IMG/VR virus record: IMGVR_UViG_3300029705_000039
Length of the DNA stretch: 64,000 bases
Strand: one strand, 5' to 3'
From: a virus
Taxonomy: Duplodnaviria; Caudoviricetes
The notes below the pieces were generated by a model. It saw only the letters and a list, made by a program, of their open reading frames with translations, was not told the origin of the DNA and ran no database searches. Each line of letters starts with the position of its first letter. The first letter of the stretch is position 1. This document shows positions 1-10,939 of this stretch, piece by piece. The position numbers and the translations under genes are program-made.

Positions 1-19
1 ACGTGTGCTCTTCCGATCT
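1..19 (+). other. Illumina TruSeq adapter remnant (assembly artefact)
   Basis: ACGTGTGCTCTTCCGATCT matches the 3' end of the TruSeq read-2 primer/adapter. Confidence 0.95.
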
Positions 20-319
20 AGGCTTGAAAGCTCTACTCGCATTGTGCATCACCCCGCTGTTGAAGGCACGGAGGAACAATGGCATTGGGAAGTTATTGCG
101 GAATACCCTAATGGCGGTAAAGACATAGAAAAGGTAATTGATGTTCCTGGAGTAATGACGCAAGACGCGTGGGATGAAGAAATCCCAATTAATATTTTCG
201 TGCCTTATACTGAGGAAGAGAAACAATTAATGGAAGAAGAAGCTAATAAGCCAACCGATGAAGAGCGTCTTGAAGCATTAGAAATGGCATTATTAGAACT
301 AATTGGGGTGAGCTTGTAA
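20..319 (+). CDS. 5'-truncated phage tail-region protein
   Basis: Open frame ending ...ERLEALEMALLELIGVSL; the ORF-track start lies in adapter sequence. Confidence 0.7.
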   Translation, partial: RLESSTRIVHHPAVEGTEEQWHWEVIAEYPNGGKDIEKVIDVPGVMTQDAWDEEIPINIFVPYTEEEKQLMEEEANKPTDEERLEALEMALLELIGVSL

Positions 320-417
320 TGATTAAATTTTTAGTAAATCAAATTCGTTTAAAGCGCATTACTTTAGAACAGGTTCCAGAAAAATATAGGGAACAAGTCG
401 CGGCGCAACTACAATAA
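319..417 (+). CDS. Small tail-region protein (CD1375/XkdX-like)
   Basis: MIKFLVNQIRLKRITLEQVPEKYREQVAAQLQ; ATG overlaps the previous TAA; TLEQVP..YREQV pattern. Confidence 0.6.
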   Translation: MIKFLVNQIRLKRITLEQVPEKYREQVAAQLQ

Positions 418-428
418 ATTAATCAAAA

Positions 429-451
429 GGGGCAGAGCGGTCCTCTGCCCC
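429..451 (+). terminator. GC-rich intergenic hairpin (terminator or processing site)
   Basis: GGGGCAGAG-CGGTC-CTCTGCCCC. Confidence 0.5.
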
Positions 452-483
452 ATTCTTATTAACATTATAGGAGAGATTTAAAT

Positions 484-1524
484 ATGTCATATTTAAAACC
501 ATAGAGTCCTATAAAGAACTCGAACGACCATATTTATCCCCTTACCACATATGACCAAATTATTATGCCAGATGGCAGTCGTTGGGATGGCGTGACTGCT
601 CCCACTGATAGCTTTGTTCAAAAATCTGGCGATGAAATGATTGGCACACTTACTACTCCGGGTTTAGTTCTTAAAGACGTAGGCGGCGGCAGCACTACTC
701 TTGCTTTTAGCGATGGGACAGGCGAAGTTTTGAGTTATTTACAAAGCAATACCGCCACAGGCGCGCTTACTTTTGGGCAACAAACCGCGGGTGCCAAGTA
801 TAAGGAATTATATAGATTCCCCACTGCTGATGAAACTTTAACCGAAGATACAGTTTATGAGCTATTAACTACAAAAAATAGCGTAAAGAGCGTTAATGGC
901 GAAAATGGAGAAGTTACTATTACTCCTGAGAAAATTGGCGCAGTTAAGACTACTGGCGATACTATGACAGGAGCACTTACTCTTCAAAATGCTGGTTTAC
1001 GATTCCGAAATGAAAGTGGCTCCTTAATAGGAAGAATTACGATATCTGCTGATTCAAAAAACTTTAGATTTTTACAAAATTATGCTGAAAATGAGCCTTA
1101 TGAATACTATGCCCTTCCCCCAGCTTCTCAAGTTAGTGGTGATAGTAATGTATTATATAGTATTCTAACTTCTAAGAACCCCGTCACTGTTGCTCAAGGT
1201 GGTACTGGTGCTACTGACGCGGCGACCGCTCGTACTAATTTAGGTATTACTCCCGGCAATATTGGCGCAGTAGTAATGCGGCTAGGCACAACAACTCTAA
1301 CAGCAGGTCAAACCAGTTGGCAAGCAACCGTAACTGGGGCTTCTTATTCTCCCGATGACAATCTTATTATTATGCCAGCTCCTGAAAGCCATACTGCCTA
1401 CCATAAAGCAGGCGTATATTGTACTGGTTTGGTGGAGGATTAGGTTCTTGCTTTTACTGCTTCTAAGGCTCCTGCCTCAGATTTAACAGTTTAGATTTTA
1501 ATTTTAAGTAATAACGGAGGTTAA
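484..1524 (+). CDS. Tail fibre/receptor-binding protein, copy A (code 15, 3 in-frame TAG)
   Basis: RBS GGAG then ATG 484; frame open through TAG at 502, 1441 and 1495 to TAA 1524; contains GDTMTG and VTVAQGGTGAT fibre motifs. Confidence 0.8.
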
Positions 1525-1530
1525 TAATAT

Positions 1531-2658
1531 ATGGCAATTTTTAATATGGGCAGCATAGTTAATGAGCCTCCTGTATTGGATAGTAATTATCCGGCTGATG
1601 TTACAGTAAGAGAAAGTGCCACAGCAAGCGCAACTTTCAAAATTGTCATTGCTACTCATGGTACTCCTGATGAGTACACTTATTAGTGGTATGTTAATGG
1701 AACTGCGGTAAGCGGAGCTACAGGTGCTTCTTATACTAAGAGCGACTTAACAAGAGTAGATACAACTGATACTTTGAAAGTAAAAACTTTTAGTGTATAT
1801 TGCGTAGTTACTAATGATGCCGGTAGCGTTGTAAGTAGAACAGCTACTTTAACTTTAAAGAGTGCTTTACCTACCTTAGCTTCTGGTAGTGCCGCGATTA
1901 CTCGTCGCAACAGTTACGATTGGGAGATGAAGGTGACTGGTACAACCACACTAAAATTCTCTGATTTAGGTAATTGTAATGGTACCGTTCAAGTATTCTG
2001 CGTCGGTGGCGGAGGCGGTGGTTCTCGCTTTACTGACAGCAACTATTATGGCGGCGGTGGTGGAGGTGGCGGTTATACCAAAACTGCTTCTACTTCTATT
2101 GCTGTTAATACTAACTATGTTATGACAATTGGTTCTGGTGGTGCTGGTGCTACTTCTGGTATGCCTGGCAGCGCTGGTACCGCAACTTAGGCTTTTAATA
2201 GCGCTGTTGTCGCTAACGGTGGTTCTGGCGGCGGAAACTGGTGTGCAGGCGGCGCAGGAGGTTCCGGTGGAGGTGGCGGCGGCTATAGTTCTAGTTCCTC
2301 TAATAAAGGCGGCAATGGCGGCACAAATGGAGGAAATGGCGCAGCTGGAAAGGCAGATGCTTCAGACCGCAAAGGTGGTTCTGGTCAGGGTACTACTACC
2401 AAGGCTTTCGGACTTAGTTCAGAGATTGCCTATGCTGGTGGAGGCGGAGGCGGAGCTGGTATAAATAGTAGCGGTTCAACCTCTGGCGGCTATGGCGTTG
2501 GTGGCACATATGGCGGTGGAGACGGTGGAAGATATGGGCCTGTCACTAACGCTTTGAATGGCATTGCCAACTCTGGTGGTGGCGGTGGTGGAGCTAAAGC
2601 TCAGAAAGCTGCCGGCGCGCAAGGCGGCTCTGGTATTATAATAGTTCGTAATAATTAA
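1531..2658 (+). CDS. Ig-like plus glycine-rich tail protein, copy A (code 15)
   Basis: Ig-like TY(TAG)WYVNG = YQWY; long GGGGG-rich C-terminus ending GGSGIIIVR; joins ORF-track fragments. Confidence 0.8.
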
Positions 2659-2669
2659 CGGAGGTCATT

Positions 2670-2924
2670 ATGGATTACGCTCAATTAGATGAAAATAATG
2701 TTGTAATCAACATCTTATATTTTGACCCTGCGTATGGTTGCTCTGAACAGTTAAAAACTGAATTAAATTTAGTATATGTCAATGGTTATCCAGTATATCA
2801 TGGAGATACCTATAATTTTGAAGAGCAACGTTTTTATCGTAATGGCGAAATAGTTTTATCTTATCAAGAAGAGTTAGAAATGGCTCTACATATCATTTTA
2901 ATGGGGGTGGATGTGAATGTATGA
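2670..2924 (+). CDS. Tail-associated hypothetical protein
   Basis: GGAGG RBS; N-terminus MDYAQLDENNVVINI, in the tail operon right after the Gly-rich gene. Confidence 0.7.
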   Translation: MDYAQLDENNVVINILYFDPAYGCSEQLKTELNLVYVNGYPVYHGDTYNFEEQRFYRNGEIVLSYQEELEMALHIILMGVDVNV

Positions 2925-3351
2925 TTTAATTAAAGAAGCACGTCGTGTACGCCCTTATATTGTAAAGGCCGCGATTTCTTTAGATGATAAGGAAATTAGC
3001 GAAGTTCCTGAGCTTTGTGATACTATGAAATATAGCGGTTCGCTTATTCCTTATCAAACTCGTATCAATTGGTATGGTAAAGTAAAGCGTGCTGTCGTTG
3101 ATTTATGGGATACCGAAGAAAATAACCCCGATAATGCGCCTTCTTTATGGGAAGATATTGCTTATAAACAAGGCTATCGTTATATTCCCGAAACTATCAC
3201 CGCGGCTTCTGCTTTTGTTAAAGATGAGCTTGGTTGGTGGAAGGAAACTTCACTATATAAGTCCCTCATTGACGCTAATGTCTGGACTCCCGAAGCATAT
3301 CCTGCTGGTTGGGAGTTAGTAAGAACTGAAGAATCTCCTATGATGGAATAA
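2917..3351 (+). CDS. Tail-associated protein with Trp-rich, carbohydrate-binding-like C-terminus
   Basis: NNPDNAPSLWEDI and LYKSLIDANVWTPEAYPAGW motifs. Confidence 0.65.
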   Translation: MYDLIKEARRVRPYIVKAAISLDDKEISEVPELCDTMKYSGSLIPYQTRINWYGKVKRAVVDLWDTEENNPDNAPSLWEDIAYKQGYRYIPETITAASAFVKDELGWWKETSLYKSLIDANVWTPEAYPAGWELVRTEESPMME

Positions 3352-3369
3352 TTTAAGGAGAGATAACAA

Positions 3370-4557
3370 ATGGCTGTTTTAAAATATAAAGACCAAACTG
3401 GTAAATTTATTTGTATTCCCGCCATTCAAGGTCCCGCGGGCGGTGTTGTAGACGTCGCCCAGAGTGCCACACCCGGCTATTTAACCGTTACTAATAGTGA
3501 TGGTACTACTGAAGAAATTTCCGTATGTTTAGGACACGGTGGCGGCGGAGAAGGCTCTGGAGTTTCTGAAATTATTGTAAATGTTTCTGAGCCTGCTTCT
3601 ACTGATATAAAGTTATGGATTGACCCCGATACTGGCGCGGGCTTAATGAAGTATCGCGGCACTGATAATACTTTCAGCGTAATGCCTGGTGTTTTTAGTG
3701 TAACTGAAAGCGCTACTAAGGGTTATATTACCGTAAAAAATAATGACGGAAACGTTAGCGAAGTTCCTGTCGGCGATCCCAATGCTCTAATTAAAACTGG
3801 CGATACCATGACTGGTGCTTTGAATATGAATGGCGCAGTTATTACTTACAAGACTGCTGAAAATGTTCCTATGGCACGTTTTGGTATTAGTGCTACAAAT
3901 CAGCTAAGATTCTGGGAGTTCAATAGTGCTGGTACTAATTATGAATATTATAATTTGCCTGCGCCTGATTTAAGTCGTACTTCTAATCAAGAGTATAAAA
4001 TCCTAACCAATAAACAAGCAGTATCCGTAGCAGAGGGTGGCACGGGCGCTACTACTGCCGCGCAGGCCGCCATTAATCTTAATGTGCTTCCGCTTACCGG
4101 TGGCACAATTACTGGCGACCTAAATGTTACCGGTAAAGTTACTGGCGCGGTCTGGAACGACTATGCTGAATATCGTAGCGCAGAGGTAATAGAGCCTGGC
4201 CGTGTAGTTGTAGAAGATAATGATGGCATTATGAAACTTGCGGCCCATCGCTTACAGCCTGGCGCAGAAATCATTTCTGATACTTTTGGCTTCTCTATTG
4301 GTGAGTCCAAAGACTGCCGCACTCCTATTGCTTGTAGTGGTCGTGTATTAGCTTATACCTACGAAGACCGTAATGAATTCCAACTTGGCGAAGCCGTATG
4401 TAGCGGCCCCAATGGTACTGTTAGTCGTATGACACGCGAAGAGATTCGTAATTATCCTGAACGTATCATCGGTACAGTATCTGAAATTCCTTCTTATGAA
4501 ACTTGGGGTGCTGGCGGCGTTAAAGTTGATGGCCGTATTTGGATTAGAATTAAATAA
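3370..4557 (+). CDS. Tail fibre with C-terminal intramolecular chaperone-like domain
   Basis: GDTMTG, YEYYNLP, GGTGATTA and GGTITGDL fibre motifs followed by WNDYAEY autoprocessing-like domain. Confidence 0.75.
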   Translation: MAVLKYKDQTGKFICIPAIQGPAGGVVDVAQSATPGYLTVTNSDGTTEEISVCLGHGGGGEGSGVSEIIVNVSEPASTDIKLWIDPDTGAGLMKYRGTDNTFSVMPGVFSVTESATKGYITVKNNDGNVSEVPVGDPNALIKTGDTMTGALNMNGAVITYKTAENVPMARFGISATNQLRFWEFNSAGTNYEYYNLPAPDLSRTSNQEYKILTNKQAVSVAEGGTGATTAAQAAINLNVLPLTGGTITGDLNVTGKVTGAVWNDYAEYRSAEVIEPGRVVVEDNDGIMKLAAHRLQPGAEIISDTFGFSIGESKDCRTPIACSGRVLAYTYEDRNEFQLGEAVCSGPNGTVSRMTREEIRNYPERIIGTVSEIPSYETWGAGGVKVDGRIWIRIK

Positions 4558-4602
4558 TTTATATGGGAGGGCATATGCCCTCCCTTATTTTGGAGGTAAT
4601 TT

Positions 4603-5592
4603 ATGTCAGATTACCAAGAATTAGCCAATAAAGTATATCCGCCTTCTAATTTTTAGGATGGTAATGTACTTTATGGAGCAGATTTAAACACAGTTGAGAA
4701 TAATATCATAGAAATGGAAAAGCGTTTGCGGACCGAGCCTTTTAGTGTAGAAAGACTCAGCGGCGGCGTTAATAATGCAAGAATTTCTATTGATTTGCTT
4801 CCCACGTCCTTAGATGACATTATGGAATTTGAAACTTGGGAAGCTTTAAATGCTTTTACTGAAAAAGCAGAAGGCAAATTATATATTATAAAGAATACTA
4901 ACGCTATTTATCGTTGGGATATTGCGACGGGTGTTTTTATTGAAATGTCCGCGGGAGACATTGTTCGTGGTGAACCCATTGAAGAAGAAGATTCTTATGG
5001 CTATAATAATGCCATTTCTAATAGTAGTGTTGTGAAATATTTTGCACGCACTAAAGATTTTGAAGAACAAGACCCCAATTGGACTGGTATCGACCCCAAC
5101 ACTCTATATTTATATAATTCTGATATGTTAGGTGGCCAGCCCGCAAGTGCTTACGTGCTAAAGTCTGAATTAGGCGATGATGACGGTAGCGGACAAATAG
5201 AATATGTTGCTACGGATACTCAAAAACTGGGCGGCATTGTAGCAAGTGCTTACGCTTTAAAAAATGATTTAGCTCCCTTGTCTAATAATATCAATACCCT
5301 TATAGAATAGCAAGTTACTCTTCAAACAAAAGTGAGCGAACACGATACAGATATTGCGACCCTACAAGATACTATCGCGGCCTTAGAAGCAGAAAATGAA
5401 GAATTTACTACACAAGTGGCGACTTTAACGAATGATAATACCGCATTAAAATCTCGTTTAGCCGAGGTAGAAGAAAATATTACTTCTCTTGCCGCGATTG
5501 TAGCTAATTGCGTCCAATACAGTAATATGACTGAAGAACAAAAAACTTCTCTTCGTACTGAATTAGATTTAGTTTATTTAGAAGAAGTATAA
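4603..5592 (+). CDS. Tail/baseplate-associated protein with coiled-coil C-terminus (code 15)
   Basis: GGAGG RBS, ATG 4603; two in-frame TAG link ORFs 4714-5310 and 5332-5592. Confidence 0.75.
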
Positions 5593-5608
5593 GTAAAGAG
5601 GTGAGAAT

Positions 5609-6883
5609 ATGGCTTTAACATTAGACCCAAGTAAAATCCTAAGACCTATTCATCCTCTTTCTTAGGATGGATATCAATTTTTCCCATTAACACACTATAG
5701 CCAAATTATTATGGCTGACGGTAGCAGATGGAATGGTATCTCTGTTGATAAAGTAGTTGATGAAGAAGGCAATGAAATCTTTAAAATGCCGACCGACAAA
5801 TCTTTATTAATCGATGGCGCGCCAGCAGATGCTAAAATCACTGGTCAAAGAATTGATGCTTGTTTATTAAAATCAGGTGGCATTATGACCGGTACTTTGA
5901 GTATCGATAGAACCACTGGCGTTGCCGCGACTATTGATTTCATAAATAATACTAAACCAATTGCTCGTCTTACTGCAAATACTAATGGCAATCGTTTTAC
6001 TTTTTGGCAATTTAATGCCGCAGGAGCTTATGAATACTATCAATTACCAATAGTAAAGGTAGATGAGGCGATACCCGAAGATAATCAGCATTTAATTTTG
6101 ACTTCCAAAATGCCCGTTACAATCGAATAGGGTGGCACAGGAGCAACTGATGCAACAACGGCTCTGGTTAATTTAGGTGCTTTACCTCTAGCTGGTGGTA
6201 CAATTACTGGTCCATTGGTAACTGATGATATAGTAACTTTGAATAAACAAGTATTTGCAAAAGGTATTTTTAATAGTCAAGGCACTTTCTATGCTGAGTC
6301 ATTATTCCATATTCGCAATGGCAACTATAAGCCTACCTTGCATTTTAGTACATATCAATTATAGAGAGGTCAAACTAGCGGTTCAATCGTATATGCGGCC
6401 CCAGATACTACAAATGGTTATACGGCCAGAAGTCGTTTCTAGTTTTAGCAATTTAGTTATAATGGTAGTCTTGATGCAGTAACTACTGTATCAGAAACTT
6501 TCAATTTGCCTGATACAGCAGAAGGATTAGCGTCTTCAGAATCCTATAATATCCTTACCACTAAATCTCCCGTGACTGTCGCCCAAGGTGGCACCGGTGC
6601 GACGACTGCGGCAGCGGCTCGTGCGGCACTGGGAGCGGTAAATAAATCAGATATCGAGATTGCTTTGCCTGTTTCTGGTTGGGATAGTAATGGTGTTTAG
6701 ACAGTTAGCGTAGAACAAATTACTACCGAAAGTAGTGTATTGGTTGCGCCAAATCCTAGTGTATATGCGAGCTATCATCAATATGGCGTTTATTGCTCTG
6801 ATTAGGGTGATGGTACATTATCTTTTAAATACAGAATTAAACCTGAAATAGATTTAGTCGTCAATACTGTTATCTTTAATTAA
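5609..6883 (+). CDS. Tail fibre/receptor-binding protein, copy B (code 15)
   Basis: Paralogue of 484-1524 (PLTHYSQIIMADGSRW); VTIE(TAG)GGTGATDA aligns with VTVAQGGTGATDA. Confidence 0.8.
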
Positions 6884-6897
6884 GGAGGACATATAAT

Positions 6898-7998
6898 ATG
6901 GGTATTTATAATATAGGCGGCCCTTCTTATAGTCTTCCTATTTTAGATATAAGTTATCCGAAAGATATCACTATGCGAGAATAGGCTAATGGTTAGGCTA
7001 CTTTTGAAGTTAAAATTACCAGAGACGGCTTTCCTAATGACTATAAGTATTAGTGGTATGTGAATAATACAATAGTAGATGGGGCAACTAATATTTCTTA
7101 TACAATGACTGGCTTGACAGAAACCTCTAATTACACGTTATATTGTGTTGTTTCTAATGATGCCGGCAAAGTTATTAGCAAAACTGCCAATCTTACTGTA
7201 ACTAGCGCCTTAGCTTCTTATACTTTAAATGGCACTTCATATACAGCTCTAAGAGATCCTTACAGTAATAGTGGATACGATTGGCTAATTACCTTGACGG
7301 GTTCCACAACTCTTAAATTCTCTGATTTGGGAAATTGTGATGGCACCATTGATGTTTTCCTTGTAGGAGGTGGAGGAGGCGGAGGTAGCTTCGCAGGAAC
7401 TAGTAATTACTATGGTGGTGGCGGAGCTGGAGGTGGATATACAAAGACTTTCACGATGCCAGCTAGTATAAATACTAATTATATTGCTGAAATTGGTAGC
7501 GGTGGAGCTGGAGGTAGTAAAGCTAATGGTGATTCAGGAGGAATTACTAGTTTTAACGGAACTTCTATAAATGGTGGTTCTGGCGGTGGCACTTGGTGTA
7601 CCGGTGGGAATGGTGGCTCTGGCGGCGGCGCAGGAGAAAAAGGTGATGATAAAGCCGGCAACGGAGGTAGTAACGGTGGCAATGGTGGTAGTACCTCAAT
7701 TGATGGTAGCACCATGGCCGGAGGTACGGGACAAGGAGGCACCACTCGTGGTTTTGGTTCATCTTCATATGATTTATATGCCGGTGGCGGCGGTGGTGGA
7801 CAAGGTATAACCAGTGGCTCTCCAGGCACAGCAGGTACACCAGGAAATCGTGGCGACGAGACCAGCGGCGGTTGGTATAATGGAAGTAAGGTAGCACCAT
7901 TAGCCAATAGAGGCGGTGGTGGATGTGGCGGTGGCAATAACCATGGAACTGGACAAACTGGCGGCTCTGGTGTTATCCTTATCCGCAATCATAGATAA
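6898..7998 (+). CDS. Ig-like plus glycine-rich tail protein, copy B (code 15)
   Basis: Paralogue of 1531-2658 (TTLKFSDLGNC, NYYGGGG); three TAG in the N-terminus including KY(TAG)WY. Confidence 0.8.
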
Positions 7999-8000
7999 AA

Positions 8001-8037
8001 AATAAAGAGCAACCATAAGGTTGCTCTTTATTTTTTT
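8001..8037. terminator. Bidirectional rho-independent terminator
   Basis: AATAAAGAGCAACC-ATAA-GGTTGCTCTTTATTTTTTT between convergent genes. Confidence 0.8.
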
Positions 8038-8045
8038 ATTCTTTT

Positions 8046-8480
8046 TTAAAAATTCTCCTGTCGAATAGCAAGACGCTCTTCATACAAATAACATTCTTCT
8101 GCCTTGTCTGCTGCCAATTTATAAAGTTTATGAAAAAGGTCGCTTACCTCATACATACAGTATTCCATATCCTTATAATAACTCATAAGGGCCTTATTAC
8201 GGGCGATTTCCTTCCCCTTTTCTACATCAAATTCATCATTAGGATGACAATGCGCGACACCATAATATTCTACACCAGCCATACGCTTCCTAAAAATAGG
8301 ATTCACTAAGTTATCTAGGTCCCAATAACAGTCTCTATTAGAAGCGCCCTTGACATAACGCCTTAGCTTCGCCATTGCCTGATTGCGGGCTTCTTCCCAA
8401 AGTTCATTAGGGTGACCATCTTCATGGGCAGGCATACGACAACATACAGCACGCTTTTCAGGATTAATGTGATAAATCAT
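8046..8480 (-). CDS. Phage hypothetical protein
   Basis: 144-aa ORF with GGAG RBS; GVAHCHPNDEFDVEKG motif. Confidence 0.7.
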   Translation of the reverse strand: MIYHINPEKRAVCCRMPAHEDGHPNELWEEARNQAMAKLRRYVKGASNRDCYWDLDNLVNPIFRKRMAGVEYYGVAHCHPNDEFDVEKGKEIARNKALMSYYKDMEYCMYEVSDLFHKLYKLAADKAEECYLYEERLAIRQENF

Positions 8481-8564
8481 ATTATTAATTACTCCTTTTC
8501 TTTTATATTTATATTATAGATTAATTTTTTATATTTGTCAAATTTATAAAAATGAAATATAAAA

Positions 8565-8593
8565 TTGACAATAATAAAAATTAAATATATAAT
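8565..8593 (+). promoter_or_regulatory. sigma70/sigmaA-type promoter (first of roughly 20 similar ones in the window)
   Basis: TTGACA-17 nt-TATAAT; similar TTGACN-17-TATAAT sites near 8952, 11799, 14425, 17650, 22694, 23820, 33163, 42425, 61459, 62902 and others. Confidence 0.8.
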
Positions 8594-8614
8594 AAAAGAA
8601 AAAAGGAGAATAAT

Positions 8615-8947
8615 ATGCGCACCAGACAAACGCTTGTAAATGGTTTTGAGGATATAAAAACTTTATTTCAATATCTTTATATGGATGAGGAACATAGTAT
8701 TACGGTTGATAATGGAATCACAAAACTTAATCTTAAATTAGCAGATAACTTAGAAACTTTACAGATGAATTTATCCTTTCCTCATTTAGGTTATACCCAT
8801 CGTCCTATGCGTATTGAAGAATGGCTGGCTTGTGTAGAGCAACTTAAAGAGCAGCCTTCTGATTGCGGCTATGGGAGTTTTAAAAATAAATGGGAAGAAA
8901 TTCAAACTATTACTATAATGCAAGTTGCTGTAAATAAAGATATATAA
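8615..8947 (+). CDS. Hypothetical protein
   Basis: ORF with AGGAG RBS just after the promoter. Confidence 0.65.
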   Translation: MRTRQTLVNGFEDIKTLFQYLYMDEEHSITVDNGITKLNLKLADNLETLQMNLSFPHLGYTHRPMRIEEWLACVEQLKEQPSDCGYGSFKNKWEEIQTITIMQVAVNKDI

Positions 8948-9209
8948 TAATTTGACAATTATAAAATTTCAATATATAATACTTATAGAAAGTGAGGAGA
9001 TGAATTATGGTAGTTAAAACTTTTCACGATATCTATTATAGTGATTATTGTACAGAACCCCTTAAAATGGCCTCTGTAGAACTCCAACGGTATCTGAATA
9101 GTAAAGCTATAATTAACCATCAAATTTTTTATAGCGTCGAGCGCGATAAGCGCGGTCGCCTTCATACCCACATTCTTCTTGTACATGATTAAAGAAAGGA
9201 ATTAACTCT

Positions 9210-9848
9210 ATGCACTTCATTATGCCCCGTTTCTTTGTGAATTGCGAACGTTGGAAGTGGAATGATGACCTTCGTATCTATGTTTCTACTCACGGTCATT
9301 TTAAAGATGAACATAAGCGTAATAAGGCGTGTAAAGTAAAAGATAATTATTTCTGGATTAATATTGACGGTAAATGGCTTCCCGCACATAGAGTCGTTCT
9401 TCTTACTTGGCGGCCGCTTCCTAATGATGGTGAGCCTATGACGGTAGATCATTTAAACTCTATTACTCGCGATAATCGTCTTTGTAATCTTGAATGGGTC
9501 ACGAGAGAAGAAAACTTGCGGCGAGCCAATAACAATGTTCTTAATGTCTCGAAGAAAGTTACCCCTCGCAATTCCATCCAAGAACTTCCTTTTGGTGTGC
9601 CTCTTCTTTCTAAAAATCTTGGTTTTGACAACCATGATTGCGTTCCCTATACCGATTTAAGGAAAAAGATTAATAATAATGAGGTTGTCTTTAAAGTAGC
9701 GGATGCTCTTTATACCGCAAATGAACTCTATGAAAAGTTTAATGCATGTGCGGCTCAGCGAGACAATTTTATTAAAAGGGCGTGTAGCCGTGCTTTTGAG
9801 GGAAAAGCATACGATGGTGTTTATATTGAACTCATTCGGGTGAAGTAA
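9210..9848 (+). CDS. HNH endonuclease
   Basis: AHRVV...VDHLNSITRDNRLCNLEWVTREEN (HNH_3-type motif). Confidence 0.85.
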   Translation: MHFIMPRFFVNCERWKWNDDLRIYVSTHGHFKDEHKRNKACKVKDNYFWINIDGKWLPAHRVVLLTWRPLPNDGEPMTVDHLNSITRDNRLCNLEWVTREENLRRANNNVLNVSKKVTPRNSIQELPFGVPLLSKNLGFDNHDCVPYTDLRKKINNNEVVFKVADALYTANELYEKFNACAAQRDNFIKRACSRAFEGKAYDGVYIELIRVK

Positions 9849-10081
9849 ATGAATATGAAATATTATACAGATTGTATAAACAATAGTAAAAAATGGCGTT
9901 TAGACCAATTAGAAGATCTAAATAATCCGTGGGATACGGTCGAACCTTGGGCCCAATCATTTATACGCTATGGTTATGACCCACGCTGCTTAATAAAAAT
10001 TTTGACCTCTTAAAACTTTACAAAGATGAAAAAATGATGTATAATAATAACGAAGAAAAAGAAAAGGAGAAAGAAACTAAT

Positions 10082-10678
10082 ATGTTTGATGCTTCTAATA
10101 TGATGAATAAGTATTTTGGTAAGGTCGCTAATGGTATGGTTCGTCTGTCTATGAATGGTGATATGGCTATTAAGACCTCTAATGGCTATAAGACCTATGA
10201 TGTTAAGACCGGTGCCCTAGTAAATTGTAGCGACTTTGTTTTCGCTGATGGTTCGGATTTCTTCTTCATCATCCCCACTAATAAGGTTGAAACTGGCGAT
10301 GTTATCCTGGCCGCGGGCAAGCCGCATTGCGTGATTAAGGCGGAAGCCAATCGTATTGAGGCTCTGCGTTATGAGGACGGTAATATTGTAAATATTGTTC
10401 CTGAACGGAATGTTATATTTGGCCGCACTTATTTCTATGGCAAGATTGTATCTATGTTCGGTAAGATTACTGGTGATAATAGCGACAAGGGCGTGAAAAA
10501 TATGATGAAGTATTTTATTATGTCCGAGATGATGGGTAAGAATAATAATAGTAATGGCAATATGAATTTTATGTTGCCTATGATGATGCTCATGGGTAAT
10601 AACAATATGGAAGATATGTTTGAAGGTATGTTTGACTTCAGCATAGATTCTTCTAAAGAAAATAAAGAAGAAAATTAA
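10082..10678 (+). CDS. Phage hypothetical protein with Met/Asn-rich C-terminus
   Basis: AAGGAG RBS before ATG 10082; codon usage resembles the apparently highly expressed genes. Confidence 0.65.
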   Translation: MFDASNMMNKYFGKVANGMVRLSMNGDMAIKTSNGYKTYDVKTGALVNCSDFVFADGSDFFFIIPTNKVETGDVILAAGKPHCVIKAEANRIEALRYEDGNIVNIVPERNVIFGRTYFYGKIVSMFGKITGDNSDKGVKNMMKYFIMSEMMGKNNNSNGNMNFMLPMMMLMGNNNMEDMFEGMFDFSIDSSKENKEEN

Positions 10679-10740
10679 TTTATCAGAAAAAATTGTCCTA
10701 AAAAGATGACAAGATAATCACTTATATTTTGGAGGCGGCT

Positions 10741-10935
10741 ATGCTTAAAGAAAAGGTAGAAAAATTTTTAGATGTTGGCGTTTCTTTAAAAGGCATAGCC
10801 GCGTTTTCTAATATTCATTATTCAACTTTATCTAAGTGGATTAATGGAACTAGAGAATTAACAGAACAAAATAAAGAAAAAGTGAGTATTGCTTTACAAA
10901 GTATTGTAAGAGTACTTACAGATATCGTGGAGTGA
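10741..10935 (+). CDS. Small helix-turn-helix protein
   Basis: SLKGIAAFSNIHYSTLSKWING (Cro/XRE-like HTH). Confidence 0.7.
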   Translation: MLKEKVEKFLDVGVSLKGIAAFSNIHYSTLSKWINGTRELTEQNKEKVSIALQSIVRVLTDIVE

Positions 10936-10939
10936 TTAT

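Noticed and set aside
1-19. ORF 5..319 start MLFRS
   Set aside because: Derived from Illumina adapter sequence, not genomic
7479-7988. Pro-rich minus-strand ORF and similar antisense ORFs (e.g. 20569-21282, 25073-25648, 59550-59852)
   Set aside because: Shadows of well-supported plus-strand genes, without RBS
484-7998. Apparent pseudogenes or fragmented tail genes
   Set aside because: All breaks are in-frame TAG, several at conserved Gln positions; explained by code 15
484-7998. Diversity-generating retroelement acting on the tail fibres
   Set aside because: No reverse transcriptase and no near-identical template/variable repeat pair with adenine-specific differences was seen in this window
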